Assembly: GCA_040394705.1 (NCBI GenBank)
Contig: JBEBRS010000001.1
Location: 1-41,646, forward strand
DNA length: 41,646 nucleotides
DNA from: Leadbetterella byssophila
Lineage (GTDB): Bacteria; Bacteroidota; Bacteroidia; Cytophagales; Spirosomataceae
Reading direction: 5' to 3'
The position numbers and the translations under genes are program-made. The first letter of the stretch is position 1; every line of letters starts with the position of its first letter. Positions 9,534 to 17,331 of this stretch are shown in pieces. The notes beneath the pieces are model-generated. The model had not been told where the DNA came from. It saw only the letters and a list, made by a program, of their open reading frames with translations, and made no database searches.

Positions 9534-10585
9534 AAGAAGCCGTCTATATGGTGATTCCCCTCGGCCTTATTGCCATGATGACCGGCATATACTGTGGCAT
9601 CATACGGATAGGTCAGCCTCTTCCTTCGAGTGCTTACCTGCCCGTGGGGCATCACGGACTGGTCATGACCGGCTCGTTTTTGGGCACACTTATTTGCCTG
9701 GAAAGGGCAGCGGTATACCCTGACAAACGGGCATGGCTTAGCGTTATCCTTATGGCCATGAGCCTTCCTTTCTTTATGCTTCATCAGGTATCGTACGGTG
9801 TACTTTGCCTCCTGGCAGGAAGTGCAGGCTATGCCTGGATATCTTTCAATAACTATATTAAAGGAAAACAGCGGGGTGATCTGATCATAGCTACCGGAGC
9901 CGCATTTCAGCTGATGGCCTATATTATTTTCATGCTGACTAATTCCTATCCTAATGCTTTCGCGGGGTGGTTACTTTTTCTTATCCTGACCATCATGGGG
10001 GAAAGACTCAACCTGACCCGTATTGTTCCTATGGGTAAAAAAGCGCTCTATGAAGCATATTTCTGGATCTTTCTTTTGCTTATCAGCGCTATCTTTTACC
10101 ACCAGGGATCCAGGATCATACTCGGAATCAGCCTGGTAGGGCTAGCCGTTTGGATGTTACGCCACGATATTATCCGTCTTAACCTGAAAAAAGGGGGCCA
10201 TGATCACTTTCTTTCCCTGGCCCTGTTGCTGGCTTACCTTTGGCTGGCCGTAAGCGGGATACTAAGTATGTTGAATATGGCCGATTCCTACCTCTATGAT
10301 GCGGTACTGCATTCCTTTTTTGTTGGTTTTGTGTTATCTGTAATTCTGGCTCATGCGCCTGTAATTTTCCCGGGTTTGGTAGGAATACAGGGCACGCCTT
10401 TTCACCCGGTGATGTATATCTGGCTCGCCGGACTGCACGCCAGCCTGGTGATCCGGATTTACGGTGACCTGGGCGGAGACTTCGCCTTGCGGAAGGTAGG
10501 AGGAATATACAATGGCGTATTTTTCCTTGCCTATATATTTACAGTGATCTGGTTTATTGTTAAATTTAAACAAAGTAAGCAATGA
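9530..10585 (+). CDS. Polytopic His-containing membrane protein, possibly NnrS-related
   Basis: About 11-12 hydrophobic segments; HHGLVMTGSFLGTLICLERA and YDAVLHSFFVGFVLSVILAHAP motifs; ATGA overlaps at both ends. Confidence 0.6.
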   Translation: MKEAVYMVIPLGLIAMMTGIYCGIIRIGQPLPSSAYLPVGHHGLVMTGSFLGTLICLERAAVYPDKRAWLSVILMAMSLPFFMLHQVSYGVLCLLAGSAGYAWISFNNYIKGKQRGDLIIATGAAFQLMAYIIFMLTNSYPNAFAGWLLFLILTIMGERLNLTRIVPMGKKALYEAYFWIFLLLISAIFYHQGSRIILGISLVGLAVWMLRHDIIRLNLKKGGHDHFLSLALLLAYLWLAVSGILSMLNMADSYLYDAVLHSFFVGFVLSVILAHAPVIFPGLVGIQGTPFHPVMYIWLAGLHASLVIRIYGDLGGDFALRKVGGIYNGVFFLAYIFTVIWFIVKFKQSKQ

Positions 10586-11349
10586 ATAAAGTTATTAAAT
10601 ATGTGATCTATGACATTGTGCGGAACCGCTTTGTGCTTAGTTATACACTACTGCTGTTATTCACCAGCCTGGCATTCTATGGTTTCGGTGCTGAAGGAAA
10701 CAAAGGGGTTTTAAGCCTGCTGAATATTATTCTGATGGTGGTTCCTTTGGTAAGTATTGTTTTCACCACCATCCAGTTTTATAACTCGTACGAATTCCTG
10801 GAACTGTTATCTGCTCAGCCTATCAGCCGCAAAACGATATTCATGAGCCAGTTTTGGGGGATTAACATTTCCCTCTGTCTTGCATTTTTTATAGGGGTGG
10901 GTATCCCCACCTGGATTTATGACGGCACGAGCGCGGGAGGCACCCTGGTGTTGTGCGGGTTCCTGCTGTCGCTTGTTTTTGTTTCTCTTGCTCTTTTGGC
11001 TTGTACCCTCACACGTGACAGGGCCAAAGGCATAGGTATTGCCCTCGGAATCTGGTTCTATTTTTGTCTGCTGTTTGACGGATTGGCCCTGAGCCTGTTG
11101 CTGATGTTTAGTGATTATCCCCTGGATAAGGCTTCTTTGATCATGACGGCATTTAATCCGGTAGACCTCGCCCGGATCCTGATCCTAATGAAACTGGATA
11201 TTTCTGCACTGCTGGGCATCACAGGAGCAATATTCCAAAAGTTTTTTGCTTCTGAACGGGGCATTATTATTTCGATTGTTTTATTGATTTTATGGATAGC
11301 CCTTCCGCTTTTTAAAGCCTACCGGACTTTCCTGAAAAAAGATCTTTAA
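10582..11349 (+). CDS. nosY: ABC permease NosY
   Basis: About 6 TM; ELLSAQPISR and NPVDLARIL motifs; last gene of the nos cluster. Confidence 0.88.
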   Translation: MNKVIKYVIYDIVRNRFVLSYTLLLLFTSLAFYGFGAEGNKGVLSLLNIILMVVPLVSIVFTTIQFYNSYEFLELLSAQPISRKTIFMSQFWGINISLCLAFFIGVGIPTWIYDGTSAGGTLVLCGFLLSLVFVSLALLACTLTRDRAKGIGIALGIWFYFCLLFDGLALSLLLMFSDYPLDKASLIMTAFNPVDLARILILMKLDISALLGITGAIFQKFFASERGIIISIVLLILWIALPLFKAYRTFLKKDL

Positions 11350-11398
11350 TTTTTAGGGATACTGATCCACATAACTTTATTCCTTACCCCCGTCGTCA

Positions 11399-12364
11399 TT
11401 AATAATCTGCTTCTCTCCTTACATTGAGAATTCTCTGCAGCCAGCTTTTCATCATTTCCTTTTCTTCTTCGGGATTGACCTCCAAAACGGGGAAGACCGA
11501 TAGATCCGGTTGGCCCGCATCTACCCAGGCAGTAAACCAGATATCGCTAACCATTTTCACAGAGCGCTTCATTTGTCTTTCTACCTGGTGATCCAGCATG
11601 CGATGATACTTCTCGGAAAACTCACGGGAATAATTCCTGACAGTAAGACCGTTACGCTCATCGACCGTAAACTTCCTATCGGCAGGACTTTCTTCCGTTA
11701 GTTTTTGTTCAAAAGCCAGTACGCTGTCTAGTGCGGCATGAGCCTGCAAAACGGCTTGCCAGCTTCTTTGCGGGATATTCCTCTCATAAGTGGCTTTCCC
11801 GATAAGCAGATCATAATCGGTACTAAAAAGTTCCGGTAGTCGCGATTCCCAGAATCCGTGTATACCGTGCTGATTGGTTAGCTGTCCGTTATAATTTCGG
11901 GTGGTATGAAGGGGAACATTCGCATCGGCGATATAGTGTCCAAGATCGGTTGCTATACGCAATATCCGGGCGGTTTGCTTCTGCCGGAAAGCTTCTTCCA
12001 ACTGAAACTTCATGAGCTGGATCTGCCAGGGTACGATACCGTTGGCCCTCAGCACATCTTCTCCCATCATTTTCACTGCTTCGTTCCAGCTTAAGTGAGG
12101 CAGAACCGTCTGTACAGAATCCGGGTAATTGTCCAGGTCAATAAAGTGACGTTCTGCCTCCCCTGTCATGGCGTACCGACGGCGGTCGGGATTAACAGCT
12201 TTCTCGGTTACATATTCGATGTGTTCTTTAAAAAAGCCCAACATCTCCGGCGGTAGTGAATACACCGCCAGGCGGTTGATCAGACTGTGGCTATAGAAGC
12301 CCCAGGCAGGCGGTTCGTGGCGAAAAGTAGTCAATAACAGAAATAGCAACAATGCGGATTTCAT
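11399..12364 (-). CDS. Secreted S1/P1 nuclease / zinc-dependent phospholipase C family protein
   Basis: Signal peptide then AWGFYSH; RHFIDLD, GHYIADANVPLH and HGFWES Zn-ligand motifs. Confidence 0.85.
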   Translation of the reverse strand: MKSALLLFLLLTTFRHEPPAWGFYSHSLINRLAVYSLPPEMLGFFKEHIEYVTEKAVNPDRRRYAMTGEAERHFIDLDNYPDSVQTVLPHLSWNEAVKMMGEDVLRANGIVPWQIQLMKFQLEEAFRQKQTARILRIATDLGHYIADANVPLHTTRNYNGQLTNQHGIHGFWESRLPELFSTDYDLLIGKATYERNIPQRSWQAVLQAHAALDSVLAFEQKLTEESPADRKFTVDERNGLTVRNYSREFSEKYHRMLDHQVERQMKRSVKMVSDIWFTAWVDAGQPDLSVFPVLEVNPEEEKEMMKSWLQRILNVRREADY

Positions 12365-12402
12365 ATCAATATGGATTTTAGTGTGAAGTTGGGATTTCCA
12401 GC

Positions 12403-13134
12403 CTAGTCCAAGGTTATCTGCCCGTAAAAGTAACGAAACAACAAACCTGTACCTACGGCGATTCCGAAACTCAGAAGGGTACCAATCAGGATATATTCGG
12501 TGAGTTTATGGTCTTTTCCTGTAGTGAGATCTCCAAAACGAAAAATCGACTTGGCCGTAAGTAGAAAACCTACCCCCTCCCATCTTCCGGTCACCACAAA
12601 GAAGAAAATAAAAAGCCTTTCTAATACGCCGATATATTTTCCCGCTTCACTCATGCCCTGGTATTTTTTACCTCCGCCGATCTCCCCTGACCATTTGGAA
12701 AGCAGTACTTTCAGTATAATTCCGCTGGCATAAGTAATAAAGACCAGAGCCGTAATTGCCAACAGTACCTTGGGAGATCTCAAAACGGTAAAATCGGGTT
12801 TCACCGGAGAGTAAAAGAGGGCCACTGCCCCGATAATCAGCAAGTGAAGCACTTGATCGGTTAAAAAAAGCAACCGTTCATTGAAGCGGCCGTGAAAACG
12901 GGCTTTCAGACCATCAATGAGTAAATGAGATACCGGAATCAGTACCCACGCCGCGGCATAGCGATACTGAAAACCCGTCACCACCAGAATACAAACAGTA
13001 TGAACAGCTACATGGTAGTAGAGTGCTGCGGAACGGAATTTATGTTTGTTGCGGTTCCTGATCCAGGAAGCTGGCTGGAATACGAAGTCGCCCAGAAGAT
13101 GAGCGAGAAGTAGTTGTACAGATAGTTCAGTCAT
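12403..13134 (-). CDS. DUF3307-type membrane protein
   Basis: AHLLGDFVFQ, HVAVH, SHLLID, DQVLHL, GKYIGVLER, AKSIFRF and EYILIGTLLSF motifs. Confidence 0.85.
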   Translation of the reverse strand: MTELSVQLLLAHLLGDFVFQPASWIRNRNKHKFRSAALYYHVAVHTVCILVVTGFQYRYAAAWVLIPVSHLLIDGLKARFHGRFNERLLFLTDQVLHLLIIGAVALFYSPVKPDFTVLRSPKVLLAITALVFITYASGIILKVLLSKWSGEIGGGKKYQGMSEAGKYIGVLERLFIFFFVVTGRWEGVGFLLTAKSIFRFGDLTTGKDHKLTEYILIGTLLSFGIAVGTGLLFRYFYGQITLD

Positions 13135-13733
13135 TGTTTTGTGATTTGGATTTTAAAATAATCTATTAAATTCTTGATCTCATCGTAGCCTCCTCTTTTG
13201 AGGCCTTCGCTTATACTGGCCTGGCTTTTTCTACCCATTAGCTGCGCCAGTTTTCTTTGTGTCATGTCCGGATACTTCAAACGGTTGTGGATAATCTCCG
13301 TAGTAACGGGTTTCCATGTATTCGTAATAAAGTCGGCCATGGAAAACATCAGGTTGAGTACTTCGTCCAGATTCGAATCAGCAGATCTGACTCTCAAAGT
13401 GTGCTTCTTAAGCTGGTCAAAGCACTCTCCTGAATAGATAAATGCCGAACCGTTTGATTCCAGTACTTTTGTGGCCCTGTAACTTATATCTCCCAGACCC
13501 AAAGCCATGCGTACATCCAGGGGAGGAATCTTCTTTATCGCCGATTTGATATAAAATACCGCATCCAGCGCCCGGGCCGCCTCCACCACCAACTGAAAAC
13601 TATCTCCTCTGTACACCTCCCAATCGCAGGTTTCCCTGCCAAAATCCCTCAGTACAGCCTTCAACGTTAACAACCATTTCTCACTATCCACACTCCTCGA
13701 ATTCACAATATCCCCGGTGATAACTACTTCCAT
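13131..13733 (-). CDS. SatD-family protein (cyclase-like N-domain plus C-terminal HTH)
   Basis: VITGDIVNS, YRGDSFQ, RMALGLG, NGSAF; C-terminal TQRKLAQLMGRKSQASISEGLKRG; ATG 13733 chosen from promoter position. Confidence 0.85.
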   Translation of the reverse strand: MEVVITGDIVNSRSVDSEKWLLTLKAVLRDFGRETCDWEVYRGDSFQLVVEAARALDAVFYIKSAIKKIPPLDVRMALGLGDISYRATKVLESNGSAFIYSGECFDQLKKHTLRVRSADSNLDEVLNLMFSMADFITNTWKPVTTEIIHNRLKYPDMTQRKLAQLMGRKSQASISEGLKRGGYDEIKNLIDYFKIQITKQ

Positions 13734-13751
13734 TTCCCTCCTAATTTCCAC

Positions 13752-13783
13752 CAAAACTATATCAAAAATCTGTAAAAATCAAA
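13752..13783 (-). promoter_or_regulatory. Primary-sigma promoter of the satD operon
   Basis: Minus strand TTTG (13780-83), 20-nt spacer, TAGTTTTG (13752-59). Confidence 0.7.
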
Positions 13784-13785
13784 AA

Positions 13786-13889
13786 TATCATAAGAAATAA
13801 CGATATTCACAATTATCGTCTTTATAAATGATATATATAATTATCATATATTTAAACGATATTAAGAATTATCATCTAAAAAAACGATA
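13786..13889. repeat. Four palindromic units TATCRT-N8-AYGATA at a 28-bp period (putative operator array)
   Basis: Units at 13786-13805, 13814-13833, 13842-13861 and 13870-13889, read directly from the sequence. Confidence 0.9.
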
Positions 13890-14001
13890 TATTATTATCT
13901 CCCCACACATCACATCACTATTCACACTTTTTATGTAAATTTGTACAACTGGTGCCCCACAAGAAACGCCAGGGAGCAATCACCGGAACAAAAAGAAAAT
14001 A

Positions 14002-14094
14002 AGCAATCAGCCGGGTGGCACGCCACTATCAGAAAACCGGCACACCTACAGGTCGATGAACAAAACTTACTGCTGAGAGCTAAAATTTATACCA
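14002..14094 (+). repeat. Dispersed repeat/leader element shared with 36367-36473
   Basis: CTATCAGAAAACCGGCACACC (14026-46) is identical to the reverse complement of 36444-36464, with further similarity up to the ATG. Confidence 0.8.
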
Positions 14095-15603
14095 ATGAAA
14101 GATTTCTTAAACGAACTTCACCTCCAGGAAAATAACTACGGATTCTCTACCGGAATACTGAAAAGAAACGGGAAGGGAGAACCCCTGCATTCCTACAACC
14201 CCACAGACGGGAAACGCATCGCCACTACTACCCTTTGTACCGTAGAAGACTACGAGGAGGCAGTCACCCGCGCGACCGAAGCGTTTCAACTCTGGCGAAA
14301 AGTACCGGCTCCCCGGAGAGGCGAAATTGTCCGCCAAATGGGCGACGCCTTCCGCCGCCATAAAGACGCATTAGGAAAACTGGTCTCCCTCGAAATGGGA
14401 AAAAGCCTGCAGGAAGGACTGGGGGAAGTTCAGGAAATTATTGATATCTGCGATTTTGCCGTAGGAATCTCACGACAGCTCTACGGCCTGACCCTCCACT
14501 CCGAAAGACCGGAGCACCGTATGTACGAACAATGGCACCCCCTCGGCGTAATCGCTATCATCTCTGCCTTTAACTTCCCTGTAGCCGTATGGTCATGGAA
14601 CAGTATGCTCGCTTGGGTATGCGGCAATACCTGCGTGTGGAAACCCTCCGAAAAAACCCCTCTGTCGGCCATCGCCTGCCAGAATATCATCACGGAAGTA
14701 TTAAAAAACAACGATCTTCCTGAGGGCATCTCCTGTTTGGTTATCGGCGACAGGCAAATAGGTGAAGCCATGGCCACCGATGAGCATATAGCCCTCGTTT
14801 CCGCCACCGGAAGTACCCGTATGGGCCGCGCAGTAGCCCAAAAAGTCTCCTCCCGCCTCGGCAAATACCTGCTGGAACTGGGAGGGAATAACGCCATCAT
14901 TGTCACGGAAAACGCCGACCTTAACCTTTCCATACCGGCCATCGTCTTTGGCGCAGTAGGCACCGCCGGACAACGATGTACTTCTACCCGCCGCCTCCTG
15001 GTTCACCACTCCCGAAAAGAAGAACTCACCGCCCGGCTGGTCAAAGCATACGGACAACTCAAAACCGGTGATCCTCTCGATCCGGCCAATCACGTAGGTC
15101 CATTAATCGACTCCGATGCCGTGGAAAACTTTAAAAAAGCCATCAAAATAGCACAAGACCAGGGCGGAAAACTCCTTACCGGTGGTAAAACCCTGGGCGG
15201 AAACTTCGTTCAACCCGCCATTATAGAAGTACCGGAACAAATTCCCGTCATGAAAGAAGAAACTTTCGCTCCCATACTTTATGTGGTAGGCTACCAAACT
15301 CTCGACCAAGCCATCGCTCTCCAGAATGAAGTACCACAAGGACTATCTTCCGCCATCTTTACACAAAATCTAAGAGAATCTGAAACCTTTCTGTCTGCTT
15401 GGGGTTCTGACTGCGGCATAGCCAATGTCAATATCGGTACTTCAGGGGCAGAAATCGGTGGAGCCTTTGGAGGGGAAAAAGAAACCGGCGGAGGGAGAGA
15501 AAGCGGCTCAGACGCCTGGAAAGCCTATATGCGCAGACAAACCAATACCATTAATTACGGGAACTCCCTGCCGTTGGCCCAGGGCATTAAATTTGATCTT
15601 TAA
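14095..15603 (+). CDS. Aldehyde dehydrogenase, ALDH7/piperideine-6-carboxylate dehydrogenase type
   Basis: ISAFNFPVAV, WKPSEKTP, ATGST, LELGGNN, AGQRCT, EETFAP and GAEIGGAFGGEKETGGGRESGSDAWK motifs. Confidence 0.92.
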   Translation: MKDFLNELHLQENNYGFSTGILKRNGKGEPLHSYNPTDGKRIATTTLCTVEDYEEAVTRATEAFQLWRKVPAPRRGEIVRQMGDAFRRHKDALGKLVSLEMGKSLQEGLGEVQEIIDICDFAVGISRQLYGLTLHSERPEHRMYEQWHPLGVIAIISAFNFPVAVWSWNSMLAWVCGNTCVWKPSEKTPLSAIACQNIITEVLKNNDLPEGISCLVIGDRQIGEAMATDEHIALVSATGSTRMGRAVAQKVSSRLGKYLLELGGNNAIIVTENADLNLSIPAIVFGAVGTAGQRCTSTRRLLVHHSRKEELTARLVKAYGQLKTGDPLDPANHVGPLIDSDAVENFKKAIKIAQDQGGKLLTGGKTLGGNFVQPAIIEVPEQIPVMKEETFAPILYVVGYQTLDQAIALQNEVPQGLSSAIFTQNLRESETFLSAWGSDCGIANVNIGTSGAEIGGAFGGEKETGGGRESGSDAWKAYMRRQTNTINYGNSLPLAQGIKFDL

Positions 15604-15609
15604 AAAGGA

Positions 15610-15768
15610 TTACCCATTACAGTTGATCAATCCTTTTGCGGCCAGGTAAGGTACAATTATCCATAATAAACCCTTACCCAGGAAGAAGAAGAAACCTACC
15701 CAGCCCAGTTTCTTGAAATATTTCACCACTTTTTCCTTTCGGGTCACCCCGTCACCTGTACTCTGCAT
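15610..15768 (-). CDS. 52-aa small membrane protein not in the ORF track
   Basis: Hand translation MQSTGDGVTRKEKVVKYFKKLGWVGFFFFLGKGLLWIIVPYLAAKGLINCNG*; fills the gap 11 nt after the PAP2 stop on the same strand. Confidence 0.7.
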   Translation of the reverse strand: MQSTGDGVTRKEKVVKYFKKLGWVGFFFFLGKGLLWIIVPYLAAKGLINCNG

Positions 15769-15779
15769 AACTTCACTTA

Positions 15780-16400
15780 TTATTCACCGCTTTGGCGCTT
15801 AAGCTTTCCTTTTCTGGATTCATTACGTATCCACTGATTCAATTTACGTGAGGCAAATGCCGTTCCAATCCCCATAGCTACCCCTGCAAACACATCACTC
15901 GGGTAATGCGCACCGAGGTGCAGCCGCGAATACCCCACCGTACACGCATACAAAGTAGATGGCAGAATGACATACCATTTAGGGTAGGAAAGCGAAAGAC
16001 TCGTAGCCGTTGAGAAAGCAAGTGCGGTACTCCCTGAAGGAAACGAGCTCCCCGAAAACTCACGGTAATTCTTAATATGCGGATACGTCACATACGGACG
16101 GTCTTTATCTACCACCTTTTTCAACACAAAGCCTACCCCATACGTAGCCGCAGTAGTCAAAGCGATATTGTACCCTTCGCGCTTCAGCGCAGCGTTATCT
16201 CCCACATACCCTGCGGCCAGCATGACCGCAGGAAAACCTATCGCCAGGTAATCTGTGGAATTGCTTAGAAAATTCAAGGGCTTGTCCATCTCAAAATTCC
16301 GGGTGAGATTTATATCTTCCAGCTTCTTAAGGTCCCAGCTCTTATCTTGTGAAAAGGCGGAAAAACTACCCAGAATCAGAAAAAAAACAGCTGTTCTCAT
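15780..16400 (-). CDS. PAP2-family phosphatase
   Basis: KKVVDKDRP, SFPSGS (usual His replaced by Ser) and SRLHLGAHYPSDV motifs. Confidence 0.88.
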   Translation of the reverse strand: MRTAVFFLILGSFSAFSQDKSWDLKKLEDINLTRNFEMDKPLNFLSNSTDYLAIGFPAVMLAAGYVGDNAALKREGYNIALTTAATYGVGFVLKKVVDKDRPYVTYPHIKNYREFSGSSFPSGSTALAFSTATSLSLSYPKWYVILPSTLYACTVGYSRLHLGAHYPSDVFAGVAMGIGTAFASRKLNQWIRNESRKGKLKRQSGE

Positions 16401-17278
16401 AAAAAACCTTCTTTTCGCATAGACGCTTCCATTTTTGCATAAAGTTCATCGGAGGCCTTCGCCAGGGGCAAACGCACCCGCCCGTCATAAATGCCTTTAA
16501 TATCCAGTACACACTTGATACCTACCGGGTTGGATTCCACATAAAGCAGGGTGTCAAAATCAAGAAACTTCCCCTGCAGCTTCTTCGCGTTCTCAAAATC
16601 TCCGGCCAATGCCGATTGTACCAGCTCATAAAATTCCTTGGGAAAACCGTTACCTATCACAGAAATTACCCCCTTATACCCCAAACTGGCCTGAGCTGTA
16701 AAAAGATTATCGTCACCCGAAAGCAAAAGAAAATCGTCCGGAAGCGTCCGCGACAAATCAATGGCCACTTCAATACTGCTGGATGCATCTTTCAATCCGA
16801 TAATATTGGGATGCGCTGCCAGCTCAGCGATGGTCTCCACACTCATAGAAATGACGGTTCTACCCGGCACATTGTACAAGATCACCGGCACCGGACTCGC
16901 GTCGGCAATGGCCTTAAAATGGAGATAAATCCCTCTCTGCGAAGGCTTATTGTAATACGGACATACCGAAAGAAGAGCAGACACCCCGGTAAAATCAGTC
17001 GCCTGAATAATATCCAGAACCCCCTGGGTATTGTTTCCTCCAATACCGTAAACTATAGGCCGCTTACCTCCATTGTATTGCTTTACGTATTCCAAGATTT
17101 CCGCACTTTCCTCCTTTCTCAAAGTAGCGGATTCACCGGTAGTTCCGTTCACTACATAATAGTCAATACCCTCCTTATTCAGATAATCCAGATGTTTCCT
17201 TAATGCCGGAAAATCTACCTGATTATCTTCAGTAAAAGGAGTGGTCAAGGCTGTTCCCAAGCCATATAGTTCTTTCAT
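16397..17278 (-). CDS. dapA: 4-hydroxy-tetrahydrodipicolinate synthase
   Basis: GTTGES, PYYNKPSQ, LYNVPGRT, GLKDAS and LSGDD motifs; TAAATTTG box at 17298-17305. Confidence 0.95.
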   Translation of the reverse strand: MKELYGLGTALTTPFTEDNQVDFPALRKHLDYLNKEGIDYYVVNGTTGESATLRKEESAEILEYVKQYNGGKRPIVYGIGGNNTQGVLDIIQATDFTGVSALLSVCPYYNKPSQRGIYLHFKAIADASPVPVILYNVPGRTVISMSVETIAELAAHPNIIGLKDASSSIEVAIDLSRTLPDDFLLLSGDDNLFTAQASLGYKGVISVIGNGFPKEFYELVQSALAGDFENAKKLQGKFLDFDTLLYVESNPVGIKCVLDIKGIYDGRVRLPLAKASDELYAKMEASMRKEGFL

Positions 17279-17331
17279 GCTCAATAAATATTTTTTACAA
17301 ATTTAGAATGTTTCTATTTTCGGCCGGTAAA

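Noticed and set aside
13786-13889. 28-bp periodic array as a CRISPR array or replication iterons
   Set aside because: Units are contiguous with only 8-nt variable gaps, there are no unique spacers of about 30 nt, and no cas or rep gene is nearby
1-13900. tRNA-anchored genomic island carrying the nos cluster
   Set aside because: The tRNA 3' end points out of the window, the adjacent genes are core-like (ruvC), and no integrase, transposase or att duplication is visible; composition was not computed
13941-14135. 64-aa ORF upstream of the ALDH gene
   Set aside because: TTG start, runs through the dispersed repeat, overlaps the ALDH start out of frame, and has no protein-like features
14095-17278. 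Functional lysine cluster (ALDH7-type gene plus dapA)
   Set aside because: The genes are convergent and separated by unrelated ORFs; proximity is probably coincidental
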